The notes beneath the pieces were generated by a model. It saw only the letters and a program-made list of their open reading frames with translations. It made no database searches and was not told the origin of the DNA. The translations under genes were made by a program, and so were the position numbers. 32,115 nt of DNA. It comes from Coleofasciculus chthonoplastes F2-STO-03. Lineage in GTDB: Bacteria; Cyanobacteriota; Cyanobacteriia; Cyanobacteriales; Coleofasciculaceae. Shown piece by piece: positions 18,312 through 28,500 of this stretch (positions within the stretch are counted from its first letter, which is position 1; the number at the start of each line of letters is the position of its first letter). The DNA is taken from assembly GCA_040222015.1 (NCBI GenBank), contig JAVJWO010000048.1, positions 1 to 32,115 of the forward strand, read 5' to 3'.

Positions 18312-18524
18312 CTACTCCTCTAAAATCTCAACCAAATCCTCAATCATCACATCAAACGTGCGAGCTAACTTATAGAGGGCAGTATAATCGACCATTGACA
18401 TTCCAGGACGACGGGCATAACTTCTCACCGTACTGTAAATTACACCAGAACGGTCGGACACTTCCTTCAACGTCCATCCCTTCTCTTGTGCAAGTTCTCG
18501 AATCTTTAGCCTAACTAACCCCAT
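18312..18524 (-). CDS. XRE-family HTH regulator
   Basis: MGLVRLKIRELAQEKGWTLKEVSDRSGV.YSTV..LYKLARTFDVMIEDL. Confidence 0.9.
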   Translation of the reverse strand: MGLVRLKIRELAQEKGWTLKEVSDRSGVIYSTVRSYARRPGMSMVDYTALYKLARTFDVMIEDLVEILEE

Positions 18525-18526
18525 CC

Positions 18527-18556
18527 TTGACAAATGATGCAGTTGCATCGTTTAAT
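18527..18556 (+). promoter_or_regulatory. Sigma70-like promoter with a palindromic operator in the spacer
   Basis: TTGACA-N18-TTTAAT enclosing AATGATGCAGTTGCATCGTT (18533-18552). Confidence 0.6.
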
Positions 18557-18644
18557 GAGAGAACCTGAAAAAGCGATCGCTCTTTCTGTCTCGCAAACTT
18601 AAGAGCGATCGCACCAATGCCCCATTAAATGGGAAGTATCTTCT

Positions 18645-19115
18645 ATGTTATCAACACATACCACAAAAACGCCCACCTTTGAGGCGTCAAAACTAAATTA
18701 CAAATCCTCCACCCGTCACCCCTTGGCACGATTCGTCACTGTAGAGACAGTTTGCTTGCTGTTTAACCGCTCTCCTGACGAGATTTATCGCATCGAATGC
18801 TGGCAACATATCGTTTATGTTCACGGTAAAGGGTTGAGCCGATTCGTCAGCTACGCAGACTTTCCACCAATCCTGGAAGCCGAATCTCCCACTCCTCAAG
18901 ATATGGTGCGTTGGCGCAAGCGCTGGAAATCTCCAATTGCCCCAGAATTTTGGACAACCTTCTATGGATACCAATTCAACCGAGCAACGAGTGAATCCCA
19001 GTTGCTAGCGTGGGGACAATTCATTGCTACTGTCAAAGGGTTGCTATCAACAGCCGCCCTGCAACACCTGCGCCAACGGTATCAGCTAGAACAATATTGG
19101 TGGCGTCACTTTTGA
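18645..19115 (+). CDS. Hypothetical protein divergent from the XRE gene
   Basis: 156-aa Trp-rich ORF (IECWQHIVYVHGKGLSRFVSYADFP) downstream of the promoter above. Confidence 0.75.
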   Translation: MLSTHTTKTPTFEASKLNYKSSTRHPLARFVTVETVCLLFNRSPDEIYRIECWQHIVYVHGKGLSRFVSYADFPPILEAESPTPQDMVRWRKRWKSPIAPEFWTTFYGYQFNRATSESQLLAWGQFIATVKGLLSTAALQHLRQRYQLEQYWWRHF

Positions 19116-19151
19116 CGGCTGAATCTGGCTCAACTTAAGGAGAACAAAACC

Positions 19152-19551
19152 ATGATAGATCAATCTGCGATCGCGTCAACTTTAACCATTCCTCCCCTGG
19201 AAAACGGCGATAAACTCACCCGCATCGAATTTGAGCGCCGCTACCATACTATGCCTCAGGTGAAAAAATTTACATAACAAACTTAACGTTTACCGCCGTA
19301 ATCAGGTACAAGAGTATTTAGTGTGGCGAGTGTACGATCAGCAATTCGATTAGTTTAGATTACAAGAGGGTGACTATATCCAGCTAGAACCCAATGAAAA
19401 TGGTATTATTTGTAGTGAAATCTTTCCTGGCTTGTGGTTAAAACAATCTGCCTTACTCGCTGGAGATTTAGCCAAGGTATTGGAGATCGTCCAACAGGGC
19501 ATAGCCACAGCAGAACATCAGATGTTTGTTAAGTCCTTATCGAGGGAGTAA
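19152..19551 (+). pseudogene. Uma2 family pseudogene with internal deletion and nonsense codon
   Basis: IPPLENGDKLTRIEFERRY..MPQVKK joined to KLNVYRRNQVQEYLVWRVYDQQFD*FRL..SEIFPGLWL. Confidence 0.88.
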
Positions 19552-19553
19552 TC

Positions 19554-19757
19554 ATGGGACGAAAAGCGAAACTAAAACAACTTCGACGCCAAAGCCAAGG
19601 ACAAAAACAGTCGCCAACGTCAACACAACCGGACGACTTTGAGTCAACCCAATTCGTGCAACAGCTTCAAGGTGAAGGCTATAAGCTCGACCAAGCCCAG
19701 CATTCTCCAGACGTGCCATTGCCAAAGCCGTTAAAAAAACCCAATCCCCAGTTATAA
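19554..19757 (+). CDS. Small hypothetical protein
   Basis: 67-aa ORF with a GGGAG RBS. Confidence 0.6.
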   Translation: MGRKAKLKQLRRQSQGQKQSPTSTQPDDFESTQFVQQLQGEGYKLDQAQHSPDVPLPKPLKKPNPQL

Positions 19758-19855
19758 CTATTTACAGCCAAACTGTAGGGTGCGTTAGCAAAGCGTAACG
19801 CACCAATCAATCCTTAACATAGCCGTACCAAGACAGGTTAAAATCTAAAGAGGAC

Positions 19856-20059
19856 TTACAGAGTAAGTTGTGCCGTTTCCAGCCAATCAAAAATTCGGTC
19901 TAATTGCTCCAATGAAATGAGTCCATATTGCCACAACGTCATTGGTAATAAATTAGGACTCTCTTCCTGATGGCGTAAGGCTAAAGAAATAGCTGACGAT
20001 GGAATCGCCAAATCCTCTCGTAAAAAGTGAATAAACTTGTCAAGTGCTGCGGATTTCAT
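19856..20059 (-). CDS. DUF2949 family protein
   Basis: FLREDLAIP..LPMTLWQYGLISLEQLDRIFDWL. Confidence 0.85.
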   Translation of the reverse strand: MKSAALDKFIHFLREDLAIPSSAISLALRHQEESPNLLPMTLWQYGLISLEQLDRIFDWLETAQLTL

Positions 20060-20208
20060 GGTTCTGGGTATGGGATACTGGAGATGGTTAGTAGTAAGGT
20101 ACATCTAACGGGGATCAAAAAACCTCACCCATTAGAGTTATTCTAGTGCCGCATGATAGTAACGTAGGGTGGGCAATGCCCACCAGCATACCAGTCAGTA
20201 CCATTGCC

Positions 20209-20799
20209 TTAACTTCCATACAACCGTTCACCTGTTCCCGGCAGCAGTGTCAGCATTCTCGGATTAATAAGCTCTCCCACAGTGACTTCAATATCACCAT
20301 CCCATTCCTCAATCGAGAGAACCTTATTATTTTCTCCTTCATAATCAAAATAGCGACAACGTTCTGCTGTGCGGTGCAACGTTGTTCCTGTGCGCGTCAT
20401 GTCCGCTACACCAGATTCTACACACCGATAGATTTCACCGTCAAAGGTTAGCTGCTTGGGAGGTTCTCCACTCATCTCTAACTGCTGCGTTGGCTCTAAT
20501 AATGCTACTTCTACTCGGTCATCTTCATCTACAGAAAGCCAACAAATACGCTCTCCATCTTGCAGTAAATACTCATACCAAGCATAGTCGCCAACATTGT
20601 AAGTCAGTTTTCCCTCCACTACCCAATCTGTCCCCATGTACTGGACAATATCACCAACTTCCAGAGTAAAAACGGTACGTTCTTCTAGGGGTAAACGTCC
20701 ACGTTCACCAAGTCCTGATAACTGTCCCCGTTGCTGAAGGACTAGCAAAACAACAGCCGTAGCAATAATTACAATAATTCCAATCCAAACAAATACCAT
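20209..20799 (-). CDS. DUF4178 domain protein with N-terminal TM anchor
   Basis: LEVGDIV..DWVVEG..WYEYLL..WLSVDEDD..YFDY..LSIEEWDG. Confidence 0.85.
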   Translation of the reverse strand: MVFVWIGIIVIIATAVVLLVLQQRGQLSGLGERGRLPLEERTVFTLEVGDIVQYMGTDWVVEGKLTYNVGDYAWYEYLLQDGERICWLSVDEDDRVEVALLEPTQQLEMSGEPPKQLTFDGEIYRCVESGVADMTRTGTTLHRTAERCRYFDYEGENNKVLSIEEWDGDIEVTVGELINPRMLTLLPGTGERLYGS

Positions 20800-20830
20800 T
20801 AGCTAACTTATGACTGACTACTTATGGAGA

Positions 20831-21027
20831 AGGGCGGGTTTTGTTGAACAGTTATTTCATCAATAACTGACTGTAGTTTCTAAACCCGCCCCTACACGAC
20901 AAAGGGCAGGTTTTGTTGAACAGTTATCGGTTAGCTAGGGCGGGTGCAAGTTGTTCAGTTATTTCACCAATAGCTGACTGTAGTTCCTAAACCCGCCCCT
21001 ACAATTGTGGCTGAACCCGCCCCTACA
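20831..21027. repeat. Cluster of REP/REPIN units
   Basis: Three AGGGC(G/A)GGT and three ACCCGCCCCTAC arms with internal CAGTTAT..ATA(A/G)CTG hairpins. Confidence 0.88.
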
Positions 21028-21039
21028 ATTGACTAATGA

Positions 21040-22632
21040 TTAATAGGCTGTCCAACGAGGATCAGACTGATACCGCACAATCACGGGATGAGAGAGGCGA
21101 TTTACCTCCACATTTCCTAACTGGACATCCCCAGGCAACTCAAATAAATGATGCAAAATCGGCTCAGTCAGATAGCGCGTTGACACCGATAATGTCAGCC
21201 TATCCGCTTGAATCGATTGCCGCGATGCCAAGACAAAACCCCAGGGTCCGAAACTGGGAACATCCACCACATAAGGATGAGTTGATAATCCCACATCCGA
21301 TAGCGTTGCCACAATACAGCTTAAAACATCTGGTGCAAAAAAAGGACTCGAGGCTTGAGTGACAAAAACGCCATTCTCTGCCAATCGCGGTAACAGACGC
21401 TGGTAAAACCCTTCTGCATACAGCTTGGCAAGCACTTCTCGGTCAGGGTCAGGAAAATCGGCGATAATCACATCAAAGGTGTCATTTAAGGCGGGTGCTG
21501 TAACAAAAGCATCGGCGTTAATCACCTCAACACGCGGATCAGTTAATGCCCCTTCATTTAACCGCACTAACTGGGGATGAGACTGGGCTAATTTGACCAC
21601 TTCCGCGTCTAACTCAATCAGCACCACCTGTTCCACGTCTTGCCACTTCAGCACTTCCCGCAACGCCATCCCATCCCCTGCACCCATGACTAGCACACGA
21701 CGTCTGTTCTGACTGGCACTCATCGCCGGATGTACCAAGGCTTCATGGTAACGGTACTCATCCAAGGTGGACAGTTGTAAATCTCCATCCAAGAACAATC
21801 GCAAATCTTGTCCTCTGCGCGTCAAGACAATCCGTTGATAGGGGGATTGAATTCGGGTAATCACAGGGGCTTGATACAACGTATTTTCCAGGCGATTACT
21901 GATGGGAATTGCGGCGGGTGCGGATAATGTCAGAATAACGCCTAAACTTAAGCCCAGATATCCCCAACGGCGCAGCCGAGGAAACTGCTGTCCAATAGCA
22001 AACACCATAAAGGCGGGTAATGCGCCCAGCACAAAAGCGGCGGGAAATAAGCCAATTAACGGTAATAGCAATACAGGAAACAGCAACGAACCCAACAACG
22101 CCCCGACATAATCCAGTGCCAAAACCCCAGCCAGCGCCTCCCGCACGCCCTCCTCCAATTCCAGCACTCGCGTCAGCAGGGGGACTTCTAAACCCGCTAA
22201 AATGCCCAGTAATATAGTCACCAGGAATAATCCCAACCAGAGGAAACCGTTGACGACAAATAGGGCAAATAGTGCTAAGGGTAATAATGCTGTCAGGGGA
22301 GCCATTAGCAGTTCAACTTGCAGAAATGCCACCAGGAGTTGGCGTTGTTGGAGCCAAGGAGGGGACTTGGACGCGATAAACTGACTTAAGTAAGAGCCAA
22401 TCCCCATGGCGGCTAAAAATCCCCCCACGGCTACTCCAAAGGACAGCGCTTGATTCCCCACTAAGTAGCTAGCCAGGGTTCCCAGCAACAGTTCCACTGC
22501 TAATCCACAGCTAGAGGAAACCGCCGCCGCCGCTAAAAGTAGCCGACGTTGCAGCCGAGTTAACGATGCAACCGGGCGTTGAGTGACGGGTTCAACATTG
22601 GAGTTGTCTGTGGAGACTCCCTGATGTGCCAT
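21040..22632 (-). CDS. speE: Membrane-anchored polyamine aminopropyltransferase (spermidine synthase family)
   Basis: About seven N-terminal TM helices, then SPYQRI, FLDGDLQ..DEYRYHEALVHP, GAGDG, DVIIADFPDP. Confidence 0.92.
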   Translation of the reverse strand: MAHQGVSTDNSNVEPVTQRPVASLTRLQRRLLLAAAAVSSSCGLAVELLLGTLASYLVGNQALSFGVAVGGFLAAMGIGSYLSQFIASKSPPWLQQRQLLVAFLQVELLMAPLTALLPLALFALFVVNGFLWLGLFLVTILLGILAGLEVPLLTRVLELEEGVREALAGVLALDYVGALLGSLLFPVLLLPLIGLFPAAFVLGALPAFMVFAIGQQFPRLRRWGYLGLSLGVILTLSAPAAIPISNRLENTLYQAPVITRIQSPYQRIVLTRRGQDLRLFLDGDLQLSTLDEYRYHEALVHPAMSASQNRRRVLVMGAGDGMALREVLKWQDVEQVVLIELDAEVVKLAQSHPQLVRLNEGALTDPRVEVINADAFVTAPALNDTFDVIIADFPDPDREVLAKLYAEGFYQRLLPRLAENGVFVTQASSPFFAPDVLSCIVATLSDVGLSTHPYVVDVPSFGPWGFVLASRQSIQADRLTLSVSTRYLTEPILHHLFELPGDVQLGNVEVNRLSHPVIVRYQSDPRWTAY

Positions 22633-22820
22633 GAATTTTTAGTGAGTTTTCGTTATGAATGTGTCCTTATTTGTCAAGGAACAGGGGGTACAGAACAGGG
22701 GGGATAAGGGAGGGCGGGTTTTGAACAAAGGTTATCGTCAACAGCGCCACAACATTCCCTAAACCCGCCCCTACAGACGTGTTATGGCATGTCTATAGAC
22801 TAAAAAAACGTCCCCAATCC

Positions 22821-23051
22821 CTATTTTCCTGCACTCGGACCGCCGCCACGAAACCCCCCATAAGACGACCGATTGGGTAGAATAATCCAGGTTCCGCCAC
22901 GATAATCGCCGGATAATCCTGTTCCATGTCGGGGCCAATAGTTATCCTGTTTCTCGGCTCGTAGGACAAGGGCAGAACGCTGGGTATATCCGGCTGTAAT
23001 TGTTAATAGGGCAATTATAAGCGCAGCCCCGGCAAAAATCTTAGTTAGCAT
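22821..23051 (-). CDS. Small membrane/secreted protein with Gly-rich tail ending RGGGPSAGK
   Basis: 76 aa with a hydrophobic N-terminus and AGGAG RBS. The tail resembles DUF4247 C-termini. Confidence 0.8.
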   Translation of the reverse strand: MLTKIFAGAALIIALLTITAGYTQRSALVLRAEKQDNYWPRHGTGLSGDYRGGTWIILPNRSSYGGFRGGGPSAGK

Positions 23052-23114
23052 TGGTTAAACTCCTAGGATGAACAGAGTTTTGAGTTTTCAGTGAGACAGT
23101 GAATGAGTTCTTGA

Positions 23115-24125
23115 TCAAGGGTGTTTATCTTGGGGATGATCGGATAAAGGAGACGGGCTAATATGGACAACTTCCACAGGAAACAGAGTGCGGTTGCGAT
23201 CGCGTACTGTCAGCTTGGTCTGATCCACGGGTGCATCTGGCGTCACCTCGACATGAAACCCATAAGAACTGCGAGGGTCTAAGGTGAAAAAACATTGGAG
23301 TTGATGCCTCCTGGTATCTTCTGTTCCCAAGATTAGATGCATAGGTAAAGTACGGGCATAGACTTGTTCCCCATAAGCATCATTAATAACCAGACGGGCG
23401 GTGAGTTGTCGGGGGAAGGTTTCGTCAGCTTTAACATTGATCTTGACCCGCACGAGTTGATCAGCCCCTCCCACCGTAGCGCGTCCACTGGGATCGCTAT
23501 CTTGAATTGTTTTCGCGATCGCGGTTTTCCCAGAAATGGGTGTGGCAATGACCGCGATAATTCCCAGAATTGCCGAACCGATTAAACCTGACCACAAATA
23601 GCGGGTATCAACAACTCCATTTTCTACCGTTATCTTAAACGACACGGGTTGTTCAAGTTCTTGTCCAGCGTTATTGCCATACTCCAACACGGCAATTGCC
23701 ACGGTTATTTTCTCATTTTTCTTTGCCTGAACGTCGAGTCCTCCCTGCAAATCAGATTCTGACCAAGTTCCTGACTCTCCATCCTCGTACCACGTCCCCG
23801 ACTCACTCCAGGCTTCCTTCATCGCTGAGGCGATCACTTCTCCATTTTTGTCAAGTATTTGAATTTCGTAGATCACCCAGGTATTTTTTTGCAGCAATGC
23901 TCTCACATCAATCCGCAACGCGCCAATAAGTTGAGGTTCGAGTTGAGTCGATTCCAGTTGCACCGATTCCTCTGGTTCAACGGATACTGTTTCTGATGTC
24001 AGTCTTTTATAGAAGAACTGAGACCCTATCAATGCCAGTAGCACTAATCCTGCTGCTCCCAAAGCTATATAAGACCAGGGATCGATAAAACGACTAGTTC
24101 GCTGAGTTTTGGTAGTGACTGGCAT
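23115..24125 (-). CDS. Two-TM membrane protein, first gene of the speE cluster
   Basis: TM helix, beta-rich domain with WSESGTWYEDGESGTWSESD, second TM helix, second beta domain. Start probably MPVTT at 24125. Confidence 0.8.
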   Translation of the reverse strand: MPVTTKTQRTSRFIDPWSYIALGAAGLVLLALIGSQFFYKRLTSETVSVEPEESVQLESTQLEPQLIGALRIDVRALLQKNTWVIYEIQILDKNGEVIASAMKEAWSESGTWYEDGESGTWSESDLQGGLDVQAKKNEKITVAIAVLEYGNNAGQELEQPVSFKITVENGVVDTRYLWSGLIGSAILGIIAVIATPISGKTAIAKTIQDSDPSGRATVGGADQLVRVKINVKADETFPRQLTARLVINDAYGEQVYARTLPMHLILGTEDTRRHQLQCFFTLDPRSSYGFHVEVTPDAPVDQTKLTVRDRNRTLFPVEVVHISPSPLSDHPQDKHP

Positions 24126-24250
24126 TATCTTGAAGTTCAATAAAAATCGTCTAGAGAACTGAAACACGCCGTCTCAGTCCATTGCTGTTTCTGTTTAATC
24201 CGAAAAACTAGTACTACCTAGTATTAGTACAATTTTATCGTCACTAAAGA

Positions 24251-24718
24251 TTACCGAATCCGAATCCGGATTCCCGAAGAGCGATTAATCACATCTGAGC
24301 GTCGGAGGCGGACTCTACCTGACCGAACTCCGCGTCTGGTAGACCTTGGTGTATGAATAATCACAGGATCAACCAGGACAGAATCCGAAATAGTGGAATC
24401 GATAACCGTGGGGTTAATTAGCGTAGAATCACGAATGGTTCCCCGAATCGGTTTTTTATCTCGACGATAGTCATCATAGTCGCGATAATTGCGATCGGAT
24501 GAACCTCCAAAGGAAGAGGCACAAGGTCGCCCTGTAACCGGATTAACTGGCACTGGTGCTGGAATGGGGCTACCGTAAATCACTGAAGAACAGCGCGATG
24601 ACTGAATCGGTCTAGCATCTACAGCGTTATCCCCCCCTATCATCCAAGCCACTCCCACGGTTAAAGGCGTGAGCATGATGTTCAGCCAACGGCGTTGTAG
24701 GATAGAAAGTTTCAGCAT
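24251..24718 (-). CDS. Hypothetical exported protein
   Basis: 155 aa with a signal-like N-terminus, YGSPIP.P.PVNP.TG and repeated I.DS.L..P. Confidence 0.7.
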   Translation of the reverse strand: MLKLSILQRRWLNIMLTPLTVGVAWMIGGDNAVDARPIQSSRCSSVIYGSPIPAPVPVNPVTGRPCASSFGGSSDRNYRDYDDYRRDKKPIRGTIRDSTLINPTVIDSTISDSVLVDPVIIHTPRSTRRGVRSGRVRLRRSDVINRSSGIRIRIR

Positions 24719-24994
24719 CGTTTCACCTCAAAATATGTTACGTAGCCATTAAGCGATTTCGTGAAGCGCAAAAATTTATCCCGTATCCGGCGATCCTGTT
24801 CCCTTATCAGTGTACCTATCTAGCTGAATACGGCTATCAGTCCCAGCTTAAGTGAATGTCAGACTGACCTGTCAGTTCCTTAGCGCTTTAATTCCTTCAG
24901 GTTTTCGTGTAATTTCAAGATATAAGCCTAGAGCCAGATACAACTTCACCCAATGGCACGAATCAGTGTCTCGATCATGTCGAGTTTTTGACCA

Positions 24995-25516
24995 ATGACC
25001 AATGACCAAGAACAGTTCCGCGTCGAATACCAAACTGGAAAAGTTGCCTTTGAGTGGGGTGACTATCGCGCTGCGGTGAAGCACCTCGAAAAAGCCTGCA
25101 CCTTGATCAACCGCAATTCTAGCGTCGGCGGAGAGGCGCAAATGTGGCTGGTTACAGCTTATGAAGCAGCCGGACAACAAACTGACGCGATCGCGTTAGG
25201 TCAGCAACTGACAAAGCATCCTGACCTGGATATTCGCAAACAGTCTACTAGCTTACTCTACATCCTCCAAGCCCCCCAACTCAAGCGACCCGAGGAATGG
25301 ATGACCAAGATTCCCGATTTAGGTGCTATTTCTGAAAGTGATCCTAGAGATCGCCGGGGTAGTGGGGTGACTAGAAGCAATCTCAGTTTGAAAAAGCAAA
25401 TTGAACCGGAGGCGATCGATCTGAGTACGGTTAATACCAAAGATAATCAATTTATCTGGGTGGCTCTGGTTTTTATTGCTGCATTAGTGGGTGGACTCTT
25501 ATGGTGGGGAATATAA
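24995..25516 (+). CDS. TPR-like protein with C-terminal TM helix
   Basis: YQTGKVAFEWGDYRAAVKHLEKA..WLVTAYEAAGQ. Confidence 0.85.
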   Translation: MTNDQEQFRVEYQTGKVAFEWGDYRAAVKHLEKACTLINRNSSVGGEAQMWLVTAYEAAGQQTDAIALGQQLTKHPDLDIRKQSTSLLYILQAPQLKRPEEWMTKIPDLGAISESDPRDRRGSGVTRSNLSLKKQIEPEAIDLSTVNTKDNQFIWVALVFIAALVGGLLWWGI

Positions 25517-25558
25517 ATTAACTCAAAGGAGTCTTTATCACCTCAAAGATTAAGATGT

Positions 25559-28500
25559 CTACCAAGGACTACCAATCATCGTAAACGCTGACCAAAAATA
25601 GGGATGAGATAAATCTTTATCCCCTATTTCTGCTAACTCTGGGGGTAGCGTAATACTTTCCCCACTCCCCAATAATTTCCCATCTTCTAACCGCACCTCT
25701 CCCCGAATCATCAAAACTTGCGCCTGTCGCAGTGCTTCTGATTTAATCGGTGCTGTCTCTAACTGACGGTAAAATTCAGTCATTAATCCCAGCGTGGCTT
25801 CATCACTGACATACCAGAGGCTTCCCAGTGCTGATTTTACCCCAGCTTGTACCGCTAATCCGGCAAAGCCTAACTCGGCGTCTTCATCCCCCACAGCAGT
25901 GCGACAAGCACTCAGAACTAATAATTCTACCGTGGGTTCATATAACTTTAACTCACGCAGTTGATCAAGGCGTAGTTTAGTATCCCATAACTGAATATAA
26001 GAGTTTTCTGGATGTCCTGATTTAAATTCACCATGAGTGGCTAAGTGGATAATCCCAAAGGGTTGTAATTGACGCTCTTGTTTCAGGTTTTCCAGGGTAA
26101 AGTCTTGATTGAGGAAGGATTCTCCTTGCCATAGTTTTTGCGTAATTGTGGCTAGTTCTACCGGGACAGCTTTTAAGGGGTTGGCGTCGGTAAATTCAGA
26201 CGCTCCCATTGCTAAAACTTGGAAGTCATTAATATCGCGATAGCGGGTATCGGTTAAGCTGATACTGGGCATTAAACCCGCACTGTATTTTTCAATTAGG
26301 AATTGTTCGCCATCGTGGAGAGCCAGCAAGGGAATGGAACGCAATCCTCCATCCATGATAAAGCTGAGATTTTGGATACCTTGGGTTTGTAATTGGTCTT
26401 CAATTGGGGCAATGATCCATTGATACAGTTGTTGGGCTGGGGCTAAATAACGGTTGGTACTGCGTGTAATTGGATTAGTAATTGCACGGCGCAATTTTTG
26501 GGCTTCAGCTAGAACATTAGCGCGAGTTGCACCGGGAATGGGCATGAAAATCGGTTCCCCAGTTGGTGTGACAACAACCAGTTGCAGTTGGTCATTATCT
26601 TGGGGAATGGGATTAGTTAAAGAACCGGAGTCTGGAGTGAGTCGGGTGGGGTAAAAGACGGTATAAATCAGGGCAGGTTTTTGACCTGTGGCGGATTCAA
26701 TATTGCTCAAGGTTATCCGAATTTGCCCTAGTGTGTTAATGGCAGGATTGAAGATTCCTAGATATTTCTCAAATTCACGGGTAAATAATTCTTCTAAGGG
26801 AAAACCCCTGTTTTCAAGTGTAACTGTTAAGGATGAGGGGGGATCAGCGTCTGGTAATAGTTCTTGTAAGAATTGGGCGAAGTCTTGAGAGGTGATAATC
26901 GAAATAGCGCCTTGGGTATAGGAACCCGGAAAAATTCTTAGGGAGAAAATTGAGTTGTCTGAACCTGTGGTAAGGGTTCCAGCCGTGCCGTTTATTGCCG
27001 CATCTCCAACATAGAAAAATGTTTCTCTGGCTCCACCATCATGGCGAATCGTTATTGATCCGTCGCCAGCGCCACCCGCCGTCGAAATGCTGGCAGTTAT
27101 ACCATTTTGGTCTGTAAATGTGCCAGTGGCGCGGAAGAATTGTTCTGTCGTAATATCAACGGTTCCACCTGTACCATCTGTACCGCCTTGAGCGTTAATC
27201 GATACTACTTCAATCTCATTTTCTGGGTCGAGGTTGACATTTCCGCCATTACCTGATATTGAACTGGTATCTATTTTTCCAGTAATGATGCGATCGCGTG
27301 CTGTAATGGTAACGTCTCCACCCGCTATTTCTCCCGTCGCGATTAAGTCGCCGCTTTCCACTGCACCTGTTTGACTTTCCAGGCTAATATTACCGCCACT
27401 ACTCGTGGTACTTGCAGCGTTGAGGGTTCCCGCCAATAGGTTATTCTCCGCCATCAGGGAAATATTACCGCCTGCGCCAGTGGTAGAAGAGGAATCCAGA
27501 GTGGCTGCGATCGCGTTGATGGTATTTCCGGTTATAGTAATCGTACCGCCATCGGTATCTATGGGAGATTGGAGTGCGATCGCGCCTCTTCCCGTTAGGC
27601 TGAAATTCCCGCCTGTGGTAGAGATGGCGTTATTTACGTTGAAACCATCGGCGAAGGTGAGGGAAAGACTTCCTCCCTCGGTGTTGATACTCTCATCTGA
27701 GGAGAAAACCAGATTACCCAGGGGATTAATATTTCCCGCGATAATATCCGCACCGCCGATAGAAAGGGTTTCGGGGAGGGTAATTTCTCCCGAAGTATTC
27801 AGAGTTAGACTGTCGCCACCCTTATCAGTTGAACCGAATCGTATCGCATCACTAATCGTAATCTGATTTCCAGCCGAGAGGTCAATTTTACCGCCACTCC
27901 CATTAGTGGAACTCGAATCAATTTCACTGGCGTTAATCTCGTCAGCCGCGTCAAGAACTATAGCGCCACTTGTGCCATTTTCTGAGGATGAGTTAAGGGT
28001 TCCGGCGCTAGTATCAATACTGCCATTACTACTGGTAATTGTAATATTCCCCCCAAACCCTTCGCCAAAGCTTACACCTGCAAAGATATCTGCTTCGGCG
28101 ATAATATCTCCACCTGCTTTAAACGTAATATTTCCGCCACTCCCTGTACCTGTGTCAGTTGCGGCTAAACCTGCTTTGACGGTGTTTAGGGTAATGCTAC
28201 CTGCTGAAGCCTCAAGAGTAATATTACCGCTTTGACCATCCACAGAGGATGTATCTAGAAGACCTCCAGTAGCATTAATACTACCGCTATTGCTGATCAG
28301 ATCAATATCTCCACCACCTAATTCGCCAAATGAGTTGATATTACCTGTGATAATATCGTCGCTCGCTTCCAGACTGACTGCACCACTTTGGCTACCAGAA
28401 GCTGTTGATAGAGTACCAGCGCTAGTGTTTATCACTCCGGCGCTGGTAGTGATGGTAATCTTGCCACTACCCTCAGCGCCATTGGAAAGAAGATCAGCCG

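Noticed and set aside
20831..21027. CRISPR-like look of the repeat cluster
   Set aside because: Arms are inverted, spacing is irregular and the intervening sequences resemble each other, so it is REP-type
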